Assembly: GCA_002633005.1 (NCBI GenBank)
Contig: NMRA01000268.1
Span: forward strand, 449,827-513,826
Length of the DNA: 64,000 bases
Reading direction: 5' to 3'
DNA from: Phoronis australis
Taxonomy: Eukaryota; Animalia; Phoronida
Shown here piece by piece: positions 39,817 to 51,891 of the stretch (its first letter is position 1; every line of letters begins with the position of its first letter). The notes under the pieces were generated by a model. The model searched no databases. It had not been told where the DNA came from and worked only from the letters and a program-made list of their open reading frames with translations. Both the position numbers and the translations under genes were made by a program.

Positions 39817-40928
39817 TTACGTCGCTGATTGACTTTCCCATAAACATACCTACACGCGAATCTGCCCTGGCTTAAGTCTGGTGGTTAAAAACAGAAAGTG
39901 GGTTTAGAACGTGATCAGAAATAGACGATTGTGAGCGTGCTATCGTTGTAAGGGAAATAAGAGTTTCACGAGCGGTTACCAATAGCCCTGTTCCACTAAA
40001 CTTAGGGAAAGGGTACGTCAACGTGAATGTACATAATTTTACATTTTTGCTAGTTGATTTCTGTTGTGTACTCATTTATAATTTACTCCATACAACATTG
40101 GGATACTTTTTAGTTATAACAGTTTGTTTTTTTTTAAACTGTACTTACTGAAAAAATTACGTATTCGTCGGCTTCTTGCACTCTCAAAAATCTTGAATCT
40201 GTCATTCACTGAAGAGCAGACGAGACGATTACACTAGATTTTTCTAAAACTCCCTCGACTTTCAAAACCCCAAACCCCACGAAACCCTCGACCCACGACC
40301 CCAATCGACCCAAGACCCCTCCGACCCAATTTACACAAGCTCTACTCGATGTGAACATGGAACAGGCGCTGACTTGCAGGACCAACGAGTCGGGCCGTGA
40401 GTTAGGCTGAATTTTCTCTGCTTTTTTGCGATTAAGAGAATCGATTTGGCAAATTTGAAAGTCAAAAACAGAAAATAGCAACGCGACCAAATCAAATCAA
40501 AGACCTACCAGCCTTACAAATGTCGTTCTCAGCAGAGTGTAATCTTCTCGTGTGCTCTTCAGTGAATGGCGGATTCAAAGTTTTTTGGGGAGAGTGCGAG
40601 GAACCGATCAGTACATGCAGTTTGAAAAAACAAACTTTTAACTGAAAAAAGTATCTCAACGTTATATGGAGTATATTATAAACGAGTACACAACAGAAAG
40701 CTTACGCAAATTATGTAAATTCACGTTAACGTACTCTCTCCCCAAGTTTAGAGACTCAAGACCATTGGCAACGGCTCGTCGAACTATTTCCGTGACAACG
40801 AAAGCATGCCCACAATCCCCTATTTCAGATCACGCTCTCAGACCACTTTCTGTTTTTAACCAGCAGACTTAAGCCAGTGAAGGTTCGCGTGAAGGTTTGT
40901 CTTATGGGAAAGTCGTTCAGCGACGTAA
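39817..40928. repeat. Intronic imperfect inverted repeat, arms 39817-40235 and 40536-40928
   Basis: For example TGGCTTAAGTCTGGTGGTTAAAAACAGAAAGTGG vs CCACTTTCTGTTTTTAACCAGCAGACTTAAGCCA. Mirrored ORFs 39872..40075(-) and 40666..40872(+). Confidence 0.85.
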
Positions 40929-41109
40929 TAGCTATTATATAGAATGATGCATAGTACACACAAACTCCGTCTCTCCCGCTTCACTTCAGACCTTCATTGC
41001 TCCCGTTTTGGCATCGCCTTGGTCCCAGGTAATGCACCGGCCAGCTATTTAGATTAGAGGTGTTCTATTTTTCTCGCGGGCCGTTTTTCGCCGAAAAAGA
41101 AAAAAGCAA

Positions 41110-42470
41110 GTACATCTAATTACTTTACAGTGTTAAGCGCATTCCACGATCTAAGGACTGTTTCCAGGATACTGCTGCTGTAGGCCGCACGGTGACTCGT
41201 TTGCTTCTTCTCGTCTTGGGTGGTTGATTGGTGTTTTTTCATTGTTGTTGACGATTGCTCATTAGTTCATGTCAACGTCATCAGATGGATATCAAGATTC
41301 CTTGCACGTTTTGGTCTCAATTCCAGTATACTCTCCGCAGGGAGAGATCCACAGTGACTTGCAAGGCTCTGATTTTCTGTACCACAGCCAACATGAGACA
41401 ATCTGCTTCCTCACCAAGTCTAACAATAGCTGCCTTCCTCTTCTTTCCATGAACGCTGAGACCCTGAAATAGTTTATCTCTCACAGGACAATTACTTCGA
41501 TAACAAAGGAGTTCGATGTCGACGATCTACTTCAGGCCATTTACTATATCACGATGTCTAGATGCAGCGCCGTTACCACTGTACACGGAAAGACAATGTT
41601 TTGGCTGTCATTTCCCAATCAACCCCATTCAGTTTACAACTGAATTGGCGCTTCTCTGCTACACAGGTGAATTGGATAATTCTGCCTTGGCTGCGCTGAT
41701 CTCTTTCTTTCTTAGTCTAACTGATCAGTTAAGGCTCTTAACTCCAGGTCATGCCTCAATTTGTACCTGACTTACTGTAGAGCAAACTTGCTGCCTGACA
41801 AAACATTGGAAAGCGTATTATTCTGGACACACACTTGACACTTTCGATCTTTAATAAGCCCCTACTGGAAGAGGTTCTCAGGTGATGTTAAATAATAAAC
41901 AGAACTTAGTAAGCCGATCCTGATATTGGTTCCTTGTATCTCCTTCCACCTCCTTCCCAGTTGCTGGGAGATTGGTTGCTCTACACGTGTAATTCGTCTG
42001 TAGTCACCCAGTGACACATGTCTCAACGCATCCTTGTTTGCTTAACTCGGATATTAGTACCTGTCTGTCCTAGTAAATTCCTACTGAACGTTAAAGAGAT
42101 CATTGACAACGTGACAATGGCTTTGTCATCGCACGATTAGTTTTCCAAGTATTCTCTTTTCGTCTCAACTTCTTCATTTCGTCTCACAATCCCACAGCTC
42201 TTCTAATTGAACTTTTTGTTCTCTTCTGGTCTGCAGTAAGCATTTGTCAAATACCTGACTTCATTTCTGATGTTCTTAATTCTGTACCCCGGTTTTTTCC
42301 CTGTAGAGGTGTTACTGACCTTACTTTCTCCTCCTCAGTAGCAAACCTTTCCTGCTTTACGTTGTAGAGAATGGCCAAAAAAATTGTTTGAATCTTCTTC
42401 TCAACCTCTTCTTGCAAAGTTTATTACTTGATAGCGCCCAACTCTTGCATGATGCACAACTAAACTAGGA
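41110..42470 (-). mobile_element. Decayed, internally deleted CR1/L2-group LINE in the intron
   Basis: Minus-strand remnants YSSSILETVLRSWNAL (CR1-type end) and VYWN*D, plus weak endonuclease- and ORF1-like patches. Confidence 0.45.
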
Positions 42471-42489
42471 TTTTGCTGTTCCGATTGTT

Positions 42490-42598
42490 GATAATGGTCT
42501 GATATAACGTGCCCGAATTTTGAGAACTAGTTTTCTCCACTAAATAACGGGCATCAAACTAGTTCTCAAAATACGGGCACGTTATATCAGACAATTTC
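42490..42598. mobile_element. Foldback MITE with 8-9-bp TSD (Mutator- or hAT-like)
   Basis: 37-bp arms 42497-42533 and 42556-42592 with one mismatch. CCGATTGT is duplicated at 42481 and 42599. Confidence 0.8.
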
Positions 42599-43697
42599 CC
42601 GATTGTCAAAGTCAACTGTCTAAATCACCGAGTCCTTGTCCTTTCTACGTTTGTCGCCTTAGTATCATTCACATTGAGCATCCCCTTCCCGGTTATACTT
42701 CATCATTGGCCTGTCCACAAATCATGTGATCAGAAGAAACAAGAAACATTTGCAGGTAGACAATGCCTCTGCACCGTTCCCGGCCTCTTGTTGCCAAATG
42801 TCTGATCATATCAGCACGTCTGCAGGCTGCACACCTGAGGTACTTCAAAGTTCGAAGAGAATCGTGCAAACTGAAACGCTTATCTCCAGAAATGACTCGA
42901 CATCTAGAAAGCCGGCCTCTTGAAATTGCCCGCTCCAATTCTCTTGAGAAAACTTGACCAGGCCCTGCGGTAAATAGGCAAAGTAGACATTGTTAAAGCG
43001 TTTGCATTGGTTTGTAGTATTGATTTATACTATACAAGGTATCTGTTCATAAGTAGATCTATTGTTTCCTATTCTCAGTGCCATTTCTTGATAGAAAGTG
43101 CCAATTGGTGGTGTGTAGTCGCGGCAAAGGGAGAGCAGATCAAGGATTTAAAAAATACGAAAACCATTTTGCGAAAGCACATTAATTTTTGTTGTACTTT
43201 TAATTCTTATATTTCACTTCCAATCTACATTGCAGAGTGAAATAAAAGGTGAGAAGAAGAAATATGACATTTATTATGACGCATGTAGAGAACATATGAA
43301 AACACAGGCTTTGCAGTATGGGCATAATACTCAATACCATTCGTCAGTGTTGCTGAACTCTTCATTTGAAAAAGGGGAAATTTCTTTACGCAAGATCCCT
43401 ATGTTGGTAGACGATGATACATACCAAATATAATTTTATTGGCTACCTCGTGCACCATGCCTCTTTCATCTAATCAGATTTCTTTGCTTTTGTAGAATAA
43501 CACTCAAAATATTTCTCACCTATCATATGTAGTATCAGTAACTCGATAGAGCTGATAACAAATAAGAGAATCTTAAAACTATTCATATCGTGACTTAAAA
43601 CGTTCGTAATTATTAGAATTCCGCGACACTAATTCTGGAATGCTTGATTTCTTCACTGAAGAGAAAACAAAATGATATTGTAACATTATTTTTCCAG

Positions 43698-45909
43698 GTG
43701 TGGTGACGGCAAACGTATCTCTGTGTCATCTTACTGCGACTTCATCACAGACTGTAAGAACGGAAGAGACGAAAAAGACTGCACATTCCCAACGTGCTCT
43801 GCAAAAGAATTCACATGTAAATCAGGCCAATGTATTCTGCGTAACCAGTCATGCAACTTTGTGAGCGACTGCTTCGATAAATCGGACGAAACTGATAGTA
43901 ACTGCCATTGGCTTGAAAACTGTACCCAGCTGAATGGATTCCAGTGTTTTTCAGGCGACTGTATTAACGTGAGTCTCAGACATAATTTGATAAATGATTG
44001 TTCAGGTCAAGTTCAAGAAGACGAACAGTTTTCGAAAGTGGAATCTGAACGAGGAGCGATTTGGCTGACTCAGACAAGTGGCGTGAACAACTTCAGTCCT
44101 TTCTGTCTCTCAGGCAACCAGGCTCGTTGTCGAGTCAATAATCCATCCTGCTTCAACAGAGAACATGCTTGCATATACGACGGTGCTATCGGGTGTGGAG
44201 ATAAGAGCCATCTTAAACACTGTGAACAATTTCAGTGTAATGGTCTTTTCAAATGTCCTTCAGGTTATTGCATTCCTAAACACAGAGTCTGCGATGGTGT
44301 GTGGGATTGTACAGGTGGAAGCGATGAAAGTTTCTGCTCGAATTATACCTGTCCAGGTGCCTTCAGGTGCCGCGAGGAACGCAGATGTTTGCAACAGTCT
44401 CAAATTTGCGATGGTGTCGTTGACTGCAAATATACCAAAGACGATGAAAAGTTTTGTGATTTGACAACCCCATGTCCACGTGGCTGCAAATGTCTGGGTT
44501 ACATTCTTACTTGTGAAAATACTTCCCTTTTTGAAATTCCAAGTGGCTTTAAAGTTATGCGAGCAATTTTATTCTCGGGGAACAGATTGTCAGTCGACAA
44601 TTCGACTTTTAGGAATTATGCATATTTAGGTAGATTGGATGTGTCATTCAATCGGATCGAAACACTGCCATCCTTTGCATTCAATGGACTACTCAATTTG
44701 TTTGAACTAATACTGAAGGGCAATCTGTTGGTGTCGTTGAATTCGAAAACTTTCTTTGGTTTGAGGCTAGATTTGTTGGACTTACGATTGAATAATCTAA
44801 AAACAATTTCAGCCGACGCATTCGAAGGTCTTGAAATGGTCAGGGTTCTCAAATTAGAAGACAATAACCAATTCCTTCGCATTCACCTCGATACTTTTCG
44901 CAAGGTAAAAGTGTCGGCATTACAGACTGACAGTTTTCGATTCTGTTGTCTGTTTAACAGCTCTGTTAAGTGTACGCCAGAGATGGACCCACTTTCTTCT
45001 TGTTCTGAAATGATTGCAAATCTTTTTCTCAAGGTTTTGTTGTGGGTTATTGGAAATTTGGCTCTTGTTGTGAATGTATTTGTGTTTATTTGGAAGTTGA
45101 AAACTGACCGAGATAATGTCAATTCTTTATTTTTTCTTAATCTTGTGTTTTCTGACTTTTTGGTGGGGCTGTATTCGTTGATAATTGCTTCAGTTGATGC
45201 CTATTTTGAGGTATCGGGTCAATATTACCTAGATGATCCAATATGGCGTAAGAGCACATTGTGCCGCGTGGCTGGTTTTATATTATTCGTGGGGTCGGCA
45301 ATGTCTGTTTACACTCAAACCATAATCGCCATCAACTTCGTCATTATGATAGTGTTTACCTTCCGATTCCGACCTATCACGAAACGAATTGGCGCCATCT
45401 TGATGATGATTGGCTGGTTCACATGGATAGCAATTGCAGCGCTTCCTCTTCACACTCTTAGAAATGGAGACAAAAGGCCCAGTAAAAGTTTTTATAGTGG
45501 TAGCACGCTATGTTTTACTTTTACACTTTCGAACGCTTTGTTCTGGACGTATCTTTTTGCTTTTGTTATATTGAATTTCATGTCTTTTCTCATAATTTTG
45601 ACAAGTTATTTACTTATATACGTTAACATTCGTAAAAACGGCAGCAGACCCTATTCGAAGTATCTTGACAAACATACCGAACTCGCTAAAACGATGAGAC
45701 TGATTTCCTTTTCTGATTTCTTGTGCTGGCTTCCTATTATAATAGCCGGCTTATTAAACGTCTCTGGTCATCAGATATCACCAGAGTTCTCTGTCTGGAT
45801 GGTCGTACTCCTCATGCCCCTAAACTCATCTTTAAATCCCCTAATATACACGTTTAGTACATACAAACGATCGTCAAAAAGAGGAATTCAGTCTTCTGCT
45901 GGACGTTAG
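43698..45909 (+). CDS. Terminal coding exon of GRL101-like GPCR paralogue B (LDLa modules, LRRNT, LRRs, hinge, 7TM)
   Basis: Acceptor tatttttccAG at 43696-43697. The phase-2 join with 39572 gives REDEYFT|CGDGKRISVSSYCDFITDCKNGRDEKDC. Spliced CDS is 5,625 nt (1,874 aa). Motifs NLVFSD, FSDFLCWLP, LNPLIY. Confidence 0.93.
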
Positions 45910-48900
45910 TTAGTTATTGATCTATACTGGATACAAACAGACACTGAAGAGTCAAGGAAAGGATTTCACTCGCTTTTACCTTTGTATCATGCGTCAACGC
46001 CACTGGACTGAACGGAAGCACGTGCCTCAGGTCCGCTAGATTCTTTTACAGATTATACGCAAGGTCCTCCGCCAACCCTACCTCAGACTGCTTGGTTGGG
46101 TAACACGTCGTACATTTACCCCAATAAGAACTTCATGCTGCTCTTTTGTACTGAATGAATGAAACACTAACAGATTGATCAGAGGTAAACGTGCTTTGAT
46201 AAAAACTATTTAACCCTCGTAGCTTTTTGGCTGTGGTTAATTCATTTTATTGAATATTAATTTCATTTCGATGGACCGTATTTGACTTAACTTTAATGTC
46301 AACTTATCTTATTCCAGCTACAATATTTATTCATTGAATTTGGTTATTCATTACATTGAATTATTTTTTCATTTATACGCTTATTTTTTTCACATTGTAT
46401 TTTAATCGGTTAAATTTTCATGCATTTTATCCAATAAACTTTTCGACAAAGTCAGATTTGTTGCTAAATCATTGCCTCTAATTACATAACGGAGCTACTA
46501 ATGTCAACAAATGTCCTTAAATCTTTTATGTGTTCGTGTCGTTCTTTACTCACAAATGTTACACGTTTCTATCATTTTATCTTCATTATGAGTTTTATTT
46601 TAGTAATAACATTTTCTAGTAATATAAAAATGAGCTTTTATTCCACTGAAAATAAGTAAGGACTTGGTCCTTGAATTATGGGCGTTGTATGAAAAGAAAA
46701 TATGTTATTTTTAGTAACATTGAGCACAGTCCGCTCTCGATTTCTATCACCCCTATAAAAATATCGGCCTTGCTAAGCTTAGGCCTCCAAAAGACTGGAG
46801 TCTTCCAAAACAAGATGGAAATCATAGATTAAGTATACTAACCTCAGAAAAGTTTTAAAACTCTCTTGCTATCATAGCAGGTACTTTTTATATTGTCGAA
46901 ACAAATTTTAATATTAAAATAGCTCATTTCGGTAATTTACCTGAAGCGGCCTAAAAGGGTTGCCCAACAATCTCAAAACTGGTGGTACGACGTTTACCCT
47001 CATTGTATGTGGCTTCCGATTCAAAACGTTTGGGATATATCTTATAGGGTTCAGATATTTTGTCTGCTGGCATGCGTGAAAGAAATGCCTCTCATTGAAA
47101 ATAACATTACATAAAACAAACCACGTACAGCAATGATTAGTATATTTTCATTTAAAACATGGGATATTATTCTTGCTGAAAAAATAAGTTCTCGAAGTGT
47201 CTTTGGGTACTACCAGGTGAGCCTCTCTTCCAAGTGAGGATTCGACCCTGCCTTCACGAGGCTCACACGCGGTGTTGTGCAGCGATGCATTTTTGAGCGT
47301 AACTAGGGAGCGACAATGTGTGCCAACTGTGACAATGATTGTCTTCAACATTTACAAATATGTGGACAGCAGTTGCACTCTGCAGATAATGTCACCTAGT
47401 TGATATATCACAATTAGGGGTAGTACACGATGCAAGACCAGCACGGAACATTGTATCAGCGGTACAATAATAAGGATGGTAGTGAGTTTATTAAATTGTC
47501 GTGCCGAGCATGTTACAGAAGTCAGTAATGAGACTGAGGTTGTCGACCAGACATTAGGAGACACACGACAGTTAGTAAAGGGTTTTGGCTGCCGACACAC
47601 ACCCAAGTGGCGACGAATCGTTATCTCACGTCCTTACGGAGAGTCTGAAAAAACACAAAAGGTTTTTTGGCGTTCCCAACTCAAAAACACTACTCATGAT
47701 AACTGAAACTTAATCCTGCTTCAAATTTTTAATCATCGGCTAATTCACATCGGAAAAATACCGGCACCAAAAAACAGGACCAAAAAACCTTCAACTTTGT
47801 CAGTTTTCTCCCCAAATTTACTACTTTCCTGCAAGCCTGAGTGCTAGAAAACATCTGACAACAGATTCAGAATGCTCGTTCTCTCTTGATTCTAAAAATT
47901 TGGTCATAGTACGCCCCTTGCCTGATACCTTTTGGCAATTTTGACCTGTCTGACAGCCACCTCGCTGGTTCCCCACGTGCCTAGCCAGCATGCGTGCTGG
48001 CTACTGACCACCTCGCGCGGTACGAAGGGAACCAGCGAGCCACCAGAAATCGCACTCGTTTTCTCAGTCAGCAAGCGAGAGGGGCTGAAAGCAAACGACA
48101 GCCGCCATTTTGCATGGAAAGTGGGTCACGGCTAAAAAACTTGGCTTTTCTCATTCAAAAACACAAGCAAATCAGTTTCCTGTCATTTTTTCAACAAATT
48201 CCTCCAACTGCCAAACTTGACATACGTCCAGTATTTAAATTGCCCTGTGGCTACAGCCTAACTGTTCAGTGCTACCTTACGTTGTACGTTTCGCTAGATT
48301 GGGCTGAGACTAATTCGGCTACAGTCTTTCTTTATAAGCAGAATTGGTCAAGCATACGACATCGTACTGTGTGTTTGAGAGAGTGTCCCTTAAAATTGTA
48401 AACAAACGGCATTGTTGTCTGCTTAAACAATGATTAGACTTGTGTACGTTCGGTCGTGATTAAGAAAGTAATCAACTCGTAAAAGCCTTCTATCATTGTA
48501 TCGAAGCCAGTCAGTGACGACCCGCGCCCACCAATCTACTTGGGAAAACGTGAAACACTCAAAGGGAAATTCTCTTCTTTCTCAGCATAGAAAATAAGTT
48601 GTCCAGCTCCCAAAAATATCCAACACAATTAAAATTTCATCACTATTGTCATGACTGGACAATTCTTCCAAAACTGTGGTACTCCACATCGATTTTCCTT
48701 CTGAATTGCTTTTCGCATAGCAAGTGTTGAGTTCAGTTTGTGAGAGCGAGTTAGCGGCCCCTTGTTAGATCGCAAGTACGAAATAAATACCCCTATAACA
48801 GCACATAAACGATTTATAGCCAATTTAATTGCAATCTGGGTTGTCTAAACTTAAAGCATTTCCCAAAAGTTTACGGATATTTCTTCTTCTATGAATCGAT

Positions 48901-49025
48901 TTAAAATAGCATAGTTTGTTCTGGGGTGACCTATTTTGAAAGCTGTGCTCCCTCGCTAAAATAAAGAACAAAATATCATTTTTGCGTTACTGTTACAACG
49001 CTATTAATGCATCATATCTGTTCAT

Positions 49026-51676
49026 TTATTACTCTGCACGTGTAAGCGCAGAGTACTGTTGTTCCTGGGTTTTCTTCAATTTTATTCTTATTCTTATTCT
49101 TATTCTTATTACTCTGCGCGTGTAAGCGCAGAGTATTGTTATTCCTGGGTTTTCTTCAATTTTATTCTTATTCTTATTCTTATTCTTATTCTTATTCTTA
49201 TTACTCTGCGCATGTAAGCGCAGAGTACTGTTGTTCCTGGGTTTTCTTCAATTTTATTCTTCTTCTTATTACTCTGCGCGTGTAAGCGCAGAGTACTGTT
49301 GTTCCTGGGTTTTCTTCAATTTTATTATTCTACTCTTCTTATTCTTATTCTTCTTCCGACCAACTTTGAGGCTTAATAACTCCAAATTGGGTGCAGGTAG
49401 GGTCTTTAAATTCAGCAAATGACTTTTGACAGTATATAAATTTTGATTGGTTATATAATCATATTCCATATTGCACTGGAAAAGGTCGTTTGGTGCAAAA
49501 GTCATATAATTTTCAAATTGCTACTCCTCCTTCAGTTTTAAAGCTATCTTTTTCAAATTCGGTGAACAGGTATACGTCAACATGACAATTTAAAAAATTA
49601 CTTTTCTTAGTAATCGGGTCATCCAATCAGGTGAAATAGGTCAAAGGTCATTAGGTGCACACTAAAATTTTGAGCTAGACACTTCAAATTGACAGGTCTG
49701 ATTGCCACAGGTAAATCAAATCGAAATCCAAAGTTTCAGGTCATTTAGTGTAAACATGGGGTCACTAGGTGCATTTTTCTTATGAAAATTTGACCTTTTT
49801 AATCAGCAAGTATTCTGATGTGTCAACCGTTAGACAACTGTGATTCTCAGCATTAAACACATTTTCCATGTGCTTTGCAATAATTCCCCTAAAGATGCTT
49901 AAAATGCACCGGATAAGGTTAATTAGTTCAAATGTTATATGTCAAGGAATTCTTTTCAATTTCAGCACACTGGTGCAAGTCAACATGCCAATTGAATACC
50001 CTACTTTACTTTGCAATAAGCCTAACCAATCAGAAAAAAATAGGTCAAAGGTCATTGAGTGCACACTAAAATTTTGAGCTAGAGACTTCACAATTACGTA
50101 TCTGTTTACTAAGAGCGATTGAGTTTGAATTCTAAATTTCCAGGTCATTTGGTGCACCCATGGGGTCATTAGGTGCATTTTTCTTCTCAAAGTTTGACCA
50201 CTTCTTTCATCTTGTATTCTGAAGTGCTTAAAGTAAAACATCTGCGATTATTAGCATTAACCACATTTTTAATCGAGTTAACAATTACTCCCTCATCGGG
50301 GCTCATAATGCACCGGAAGAGGTCAATTAGTGGAAAGGTCATAAAAAAATTAATATGTAATTTCTCCTACAATTTTAAAGAATTCTTTTTCCTATTGGTA
50401 AACGGGTTGCTGTCAGTAACTTCCCATAATAATTCCAGTAATACGCACGCGCAGAGTCCGTTATTGTCACGCCGTGACAATAATCTTTCTAGTTCTTCTT
50501 ATTCTTCTTCCGACCAACTTTGAGGCTTAATAATTTCAAATTGGGTGCAGGTACGGTCTTTAAATTCAGCAAGTGACTTTTGACAGTATATAAATTTTGA
50601 TTGGTTATATAATCGTATTCCATATTGCACCGGAAGAGGTCGTTTGGTGCAAAATTCATACAATTTTTAAAATGCTACTCCTTCTTCAGTTTTAAAGCTA
50701 TCTTTTTCAAATTCGGTGTACAGGTATAAGTCAACATGACAATTTAAAAAAATGCTTTTCTAAGTAATCAGATCATCGAATCATGTGAAATAAGTCAAAG
50801 GTCATTAGGTACAAACTAAAATTTTGAGCTAGACACTTCAAATTAACAGGTCTGATTGCCACAGAAAAATCAAATCGGAATCCAAAGTTTCAGATCATTT
50901 AGTGCAAACATGGGGTCATTAGGTGCATTTTCTTCTGAAAATTTGACCTTTTCAGTCAGCAAGTATTCTGATGTGTCAACCGTTAGACAACTGTGATTCT
51001 CAGCGTTAAACACATTTTCCATGGGCTTTGCAATAATTCTACTAAAGATGCTTAAAATGCACCGGATAAGGTCAATTCGTGCAAAGGTCATGTAACGTTC
51101 AAAATGTTATATGTCTTACGTTTTTCAAGGAATTCTTTTCAATTTCAGCACACTGGTGGAAGTCAACATGCCAATTAAATACCCTACTTTACTTCGCAAT
51201 AGGCCTAACCAATCAGAAATAATAGGTCAAAGGTCATTGAGTACAAACTAAAATTTTGAGCTAGAGACTTCAGAATTACGTATCTATTTACTAAGTGCGA
51301 TTGAATTTGAATTCTAAATTTTCAGGTTATTTGGTGCACCCATGGGGTTATTAGTTGCATTTTTCTTCTGAAAGTTTCACCAATTCATTCATCTTGTATT
51401 CTGAAGTGCTTAAAGTAAAACATCTGTGATTTTTAGCATTAACCACACTTTTAATCGAGTTAACATTTCCTCCCTCATAGGGGCTCATAATGCACCGGAA
51501 GAGGTCAATTAGTGGAAACGTCATCAAAAAATTTATATGTAATCTCTCCTACAATTTTAAAGAATTCCTTTTCCTATTGGTAAACGGGTTGCTGTCAGTA
51601 ACTTCCCATAATAATTCCAGGAATACGCACGCGCAGAGTCCGTTATTGTCACGCCGTGACAATAATCTTTCTAGTT
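49026..51676 (+). mobile_element. Compound Helentron-associated non-autonomous element (HINE/DINE-1-like): 4 heads, 2 bodies
   Basis: Heads TTATTACTCTGCGCGTGTAAGCGCAGAGTA at about 49026, 49106, 49198 and 49266, each followed by a (TTATTC)n-type tract. Two ~1.15-kb bodies each end in subTIR CACGCGCAGAGT, hairpin TTATTGTCACG..GTGACAATAA and CTAGTT (50494, 51676). Confidence 0.8.
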
Positions 51677-51700
51677 AAACTCTGTTCGAGAATGACATAT

Positions 51701-51891
51701 AATAAAAATAATCGCTGGCGGTCTGGTACACGTTGTACTAGATGTGTGCAGGCCGCTCAGGTAGGCCCATTGCACTGATCACCTGGAACCATATTTATGC
51801 TTTACTAATAAATAGTTAAACAGAGCAGCAGACGTGTCTCAAGGGTTTCACAGCAGGACTCGAACCCCTCTGTCCCACTGGGCCACACCTC
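51701..51891 (-). mobile_element. tRNA-derived SINE, same family as 8091-8328
   Basis: Shared GGCCCATTGCAC.GATC.CCTGGAA and CTCAAGGGTTT segments. B box GGTTCGAGTCC on the minus strand. Confidence 0.6.

Noticed and set aside
22104-48393. TTAAGGG(G)ACACTC inverted termini that could bracket a 26-kb element carrying paralogue B
   Set aside because: The match is only about 13 bp and does not extend. These are more likely ends of unrelated copies of TTAA-targeting families.
49026-49350. Four palindromic direct repeats resembling a CRISPR array
   Set aside because: The spacers are only microsatellite length variants, there are no cas genes, the context is eukaryotic, and they are explained as HINE 5' ends.
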